The position numbers were made by a program, and so were the translations under genes. A DNA stretch of 32,000 nucleotides, from the NCBI RefSeq assembly GCF_000008565.1, contig NC_001263.1, forward strand, positions 1,943,533-1,975,532, given 5' to 3'. This DNA is from Deinococcus radiodurans R1 = ATCC 13939 = DSM 20539 (GTDB lineage Bacteria; Deinococcota; Deinococci; Deinococcales; Deinococcaceae). Below are positions 28,751-32,000 of this stretch, in pieces. Below the pieces are notes generated by a model. It saw nothing but the letters and a program-made list of their open reading frames with translations, ran no database searches and was not told the DNA's origin. Position 1 is the stretch's first letter; every line of letters starts with the position of its first letter.

Positions 28751-30107
28751 TCAGGATTTGGGGAGGAAGATGCCGGATTTGAGGTCACGTAGGTTGACGC
28801 CCGTGACTTTGACCAGCAGGGCAGGTACTTCGTCGCCGCTGAGTGAAGGACTGAGAGCGCGAACATCGTTCACGAACTTGAGAGAATGATGCTGGGGGAA
28901 ACGGTAAAGCGTTGCGCTGCCGTTTTGGGCAACCGGGGCCAGGTCAACGAAATAGGTGTCGGCATCCTTCTTGGTGAGCAGCATCACCACTTCGCCCGCC
29001 TTGAGGCCAGTCTTGACCGTCATTTGGGGCCATGTATCTGTTTCAGGGAAGCGCCGGTCTATGCCTCCGTAGCTGGCACTCCAACCCTGCTCCAGCTTGG
29101 GCGAGGTCAACGCACCAACGAGAAGGCCAATCATCTGATGGTAGAAGTTCATGCCCGCCACCGGTTGCGCCTGCGTTCCCAAACGCACTTTGAGCGGTCC
29201 GAAGGAAAGCAAAGGATTGTCGTAGCCCGAGAGCTTGATTTCCGGGGTCAGCGGCTCGCGCAACGTGTTGATGATGAGCATTTCGGCGGGTACGTAGCCC
29301 TGACCACCAGTAGTAAATCGGGGCATGAGGACACGCCACTGACCATCAGGAAAAGTGATGTACAAGGTGCCGTCAGGCTTGAATTTGGTCTTCAGGCCCG
29401 CTGATTCATAGGCTTGTTGTACGTCGTTGAGGCCGATATAACAATAGTCCGTGCAGTTTTGGAATTCAGCTAACCAAGCTGCGATAAACACGGCGTTTTT
29501 TGTCCCTCCCTCCTTGCGGGGGAGGTTGGGATGGGGGAGCGCAAATGGCGTCCTAGACAGCAAGATCTTGATCGCCCTCTGTAACGACCACAAAACTGCA
29601 CGAACCATTGATATAAGCCCCTTGATATAAAGCCTTCTGACTGGGCGCGTAACAGGTTTTTCCCGCCTCGCGGCTGATGATAACCACGTCTCTTGTTGGG
29701 GCCTCAGCGTCAAGCACGCAAAGCTTTTTGGTTTCCAGGGGACTTTGGGACAGGGCCGGCAGTGCCGCGGTCACTTCGCGGAAAGTGCCGCCCCCCGCCA
29801 GCGCGTAAAAAGCAGCACTTGCCGCAAGAGCAACGCCAGCAGTCAAAGCAATCAATTTCGGCATGTTGTGTACTCCATTCAGGCTCAGGCCCACTTGCCA
29901 GGGCGAGCCGAGGTCCGCCAGGGCCAGGCGCAAAGCGTCTTGCGGCGCGTGCCCCGTCAGCACGTAACGGTCAACCAGACCGAGCGCGTGTTCTTCCAGC
30001 TCGTCCCGAACCTCCTGCGCGTGCTCGGGGGGCAAACCCAGCGTGGCGCGGCGCAGGTAACGGTCCAGATTGGCTTGGGCGAGCGGAGAGGACAGGGCAG
30101 CGTGCAT
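28751..30107 (-). pseudogene. PadR-associated single-pass membrane protein, paralog 2, frame broken near 29550-29560
   Basis: ORF 29553..30107 (N-terminal helical domain, TM helix, start of ectodomain) and ORF 28751..29713 (rest of ectodomain) are colinear with paralog 1 but in different frames. Both paralogs contain NGVHNMPKLI and YALAGGG and end in LKSGIFLP(K/R)S. Confidence 0.65.
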
Positions 30108-30125
30108 GGGGACCTCGGGGGAAAG

Positions 30126-31259
30126 TTACTGGGCGCTTCGGGGGAGGAAGATGCCGGACTTGAGGTTGTTCAACGGCACGTGGCTCACCCGCACGGCCAT
30201 GGCATTGATCCGTCCGCCGGTGGGATAGGGACCGAGTTGGGCGGGGTCTGCCACGAACCGCAACTGCTCATGTGCCGTCTTGAATTGTATTTTCCCGTCC
30301 TGGCCGACGGGAACGATGTCGGTGTCGTAGACCTCACCCGCCTTCTTGGTGAAGACCAGAACGACTTCGCCGGGTGGAAGGTCCGTCTGCGCCACACGAA
30401 CGAGCGGGCCGGTTTCGCCACCGCTCAGGCTGTGGTTTTGCGGCTGCCCGTAGACCACGCTGCTCACCAATTCCAGCCCTAACCCCCGGTAAAAGGCCGG
30501 GCCGATATTCTGATGACCCTCGCCAAACCTGAGTTTCAGGTCTCCCACCGTCAGCGTGGGCTGGGCGTAGCCGCTGAGTTGTGGGGCAGCGCCGCCCTTG
30601 ACTGGCCTATTCATCAGGTCAGATGCCAAGCCTGAAGCCAGGAAATAGAGGTCGTTGCCCACGGTGAAAAAAGGCACCATACGAATACGCTCACCGCCTG
30701 TCAGTGTTACCTGCCAGAGACTACCGGAAAGATGTTCGACGGTGCCCCCATGAGCAGAGACTGCTTTTTTCAGCGTGCTGAGGCTAATAAATGCGCCCTC
30801 ATACGTCTTTTTGTCGTTGAAGGTATAGCAGGTCACACCGTTTTTCTCGCTCACAATGGTGATGTTGGAACCGCTCGGCTTGGTGCCGCGCACGCACGAT
30901 GGTGTCACAGGCTGCGTCGTGCGAATGGGTAAGGTCAGGGGCGGGTTGCCACCGCCTGCCAAGGCGTACAGACCAGCGGTCACGGCGAGCGCGGCGATTC
31001 CACCTATAGAAATCAATTTCGGCATGTTATGCACTCCGTTCATTCCAGCACTCACGCGCAGGGGCGGGCCCAACTCGGCGAGTGCCTGGGCAAGAGCTTG
31101 TTCGGGGGCCGCGCCCCGCCACTCAAGCTGCTCGGCGCGGCAGTAGACGTGTTCTTCGAGTTCGTCCCAGACTTCCTGTCGCCTGCTCGCGGGCAGTCCG
31201 GCGGTGGCGCGGCGCAGGTACGTTTGCAGGGCGGGGGGCGGGGCGGTCACGGCGGTCAT
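30126..31259 (-). CDS. PadR-associated single-pass membrane protein, paralog 1 (N-terminal DUF1700/HAAS-like helical domain, TM helix, ~270-aa ectodomain of unknown function)
   Basis: 377 aa. N-terminus LQTYLRRATAGLPASRRQEVWDELEEHV, TM helix LISIGGIAALAVTAGLYALAGG. Starts 5 nt after the padR stop. Confidence 0.7.
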   Translation of the reverse strand: MTAVTAPPPALQTYLRRATAGLPASRRQEVWDELEEHVYCRAEQLEWRGAAPEQALAQALAELGPPLRVSAGMNGVHNMPKLISIGGIAALAVTAGLYALAGGGNPPLTLPIRTTQPVTPSCVRGTKPSGSNITIVSEKNGVTCYTFNDKKTYEGAFISLSTLKKAVSAHGGTVEHLSGSLWQVTLTGGERIRMVPFFTVGNDLYFLASGLASDLMNRPVKGGAAPQLSGYAQPTLTVGDLKLRFGEGHQNIGPAFYRGLGLELVSSVVYGQPQNHSLSGGETGPLVRVAQTDLPPGEVVLVFTKKAGEVYDTDIVPVGQDGKIQFKTAHEQLRFVADPAQLGPYPTGGRINAMAVRVSHVPLNNLKSGIFLPRSAQ

Positions 31260-31264
31260 GGCCC

Positions 31265-31588
31265 TCAGCTCCCGGCGAGACGGTGCACGGCCCCGGTGAA
31301 GGTCTGAAACTCCTCGCGCTTCTGCGCCAGCCGTTGCCGGCCGAGGTCGGTAATCGCGTAGTACTTGCGCGGCTTGCCGTTGCGCCCGGCCTCGCCAAAC
31401 TGCGCGGCGAGCAGGCCGTCCACTTCCAGGCGGTGCAGCGCGGGATACAGGCTGCCTTCCTTGAACTCGAAGTACCCGTCCGTCCGGTCCTTGGCCTCCT
31501 GAATGATGGCGAAGCCGTAGAGGGGCCGCCGTTCCAGGATGCTCAGGAGAATCAGGTCGAGATTGCCGCGCAACAGGTCAGGGTTCAT
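31265..31588 (-). CDS. padR: PadR-family transcriptional regulator
   Basis: 107 aa from ATG 31588, with GAGGAG upstream. Winged-helix signature LDLILLSILERRPLYGFAIIQE...GSLYPALHRLEVDGLL...RKYYAITDLG. Confidence 0.88.
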   Translation of the reverse strand: MNPDLLRGNLDLILLSILERRPLYGFAIIQEAKDRTDGYFEFKEGSLYPALHRLEVDGLLAAQFGEAGRNGKPRKYYAITDLGRQRLAQKREEFQTFTGAVHRLAGS

Positions 31589-31641
31589 GGTCACTCCTCT
31601 TCGGGCCTCGGCCACGCGGCGTCCCACGCGGTTGCGGCCCC

Positions 31642-31665
31642 ACATAGCTATGTCTGTCTACATAG
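31642..31665. promoter_or_regulatory. Overlapping ACATAG/CTATGT palindromes, candidate PadR operator
   Basis: ACATAG-CTATGT-ctgtct-ACATAG at 31642-31665, 54-77 nt upstream of the padR ATG. An 11-bp direct repeat tagtctgccta lies at 31663-31673 and 31694-31704. Confidence 0.45.
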
Positions 31666-31761
31666 TCTGCCTAAGTTATTCGAATGTCAAGCCTAGTCTG
31701 CCTATGGTTCTAGAGATCAAAAAAGGGCCACGTCGCCGCAGCCCTCTTTTATGGCATCGAT

Positions 31762-32000
31762 TTATTTCTGCACTGTCACCAAGTTGAGCGAGCCCACCGT
31801 ACTCAGCGGCCCGGTAATCCAGCCCTTGACGTAGGTGCGGGCGGCGGCGGGGGCGGTGCTGTGGACCAGCGGCAGCCGCACGTTGGCGTTGTAGGTCAGT
31901 TCGTGAAGCTGCTTGTAGTAAGGGGCTTTCTGGGCCTGGGTCAATGCGGCGCGGCCCTTGTTCAGCGTGTTCAGGATGTTGCCGGGGTTGAAGCCGATGT
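31762..32000 (-). CDS. ABC transporter substrate-binding protein (peptide/nickel family 5 type), C-terminal end only (5' part outside the window)
   Basis: Frame is open to the window edge. The C-terminal sequence ..QAQKAPYYKQLHELTYNANVRLPLVHSTAPAAARTYVKGWITGPL.. is typical of family-5 SBP C-termini. A T-tract with a weak hairpin lies downstream at 31721-31752. Confidence 0.55.
   Translation of the reverse strand, partial: IGFNPGNILNTLNKGRAALTQAQKAPYYKQLHELTYNANVRLPLVHSTAPAAARTYVKGWITGPLSTVGSLNLVTVQK

Noticed and set aside
31646-31663. CTATGT-N6-ACATAG as a radiation/desiccation response motif (DdrO site)
   Set aside because: The half-sites resemble the RDRM as I recall it, but I recall that motif as a 17-bp palindrome (N5 spacing) with TT/AA ends. 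Here the spacing is N6 and the ends are C/G. Proximity to padR makes a PadR operator more likely.

Overview
High-GC bacterial chromosomal segment. I recognise it as Deinococcus, almost certainly D. radiodurans chromosome 1, because the IS at 9672-11407 encodes the 140-aa TnpA and 408-aa TnpB of ISDra2. Most of the window is housekeeping. On the plus strand: the sbcC 3' end, a SorC-type regulator, an SDR oxidoreductase, a triple-META protein, rnhB and a Rieske ferredoxin. On the minus strand: glpF-glpK, an S8 protease, ppk, a complete fab operon (fabH-fabH-fabD-lipoprotein-fabG-acpP-fabF) and tig. Four things stand out. (1) A complete 1,736-bp ISDra2 sits exactly 3' of a TTGAT inside an alpha/beta-hydrolase gene. 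Its TnpB is a RuvC/Zn-finger nuclease and its right end should give rise to the guide (omega/re) RNA, so TAM, guide and cognate target of this RNA-guided nuclease system can all be read at the insertion site. (2) ppk is broken by a perfect 526-bp tandem duplication joined by a 24-bp filler that carries a BstXI site; I suspect a cloning or assembly artifact. (3) A lower-GC padR operon encodes two tandem paralogous single-pass membrane proteins, each with a PadR-associated N-terminal helical domain and an uncharacterised extracytoplasmic domain. The second copy is frameshifted. (4) There are several short cis elements: an identical 15-bp palindrome upstream of both fabH genes, palindromes upstream of padR and the SorC gene, a 16-bp tandem duplication at the glpFK promoter region, and MITE-like Deinococcus small noncoding repeats. 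There is also a second, tnpA-only IS200-like element, and several genes look frameshifted. I found no rRNA, tRNA or CRISPR array. All coordinates come from reading the sequence and the ORF track; no database searches were run.
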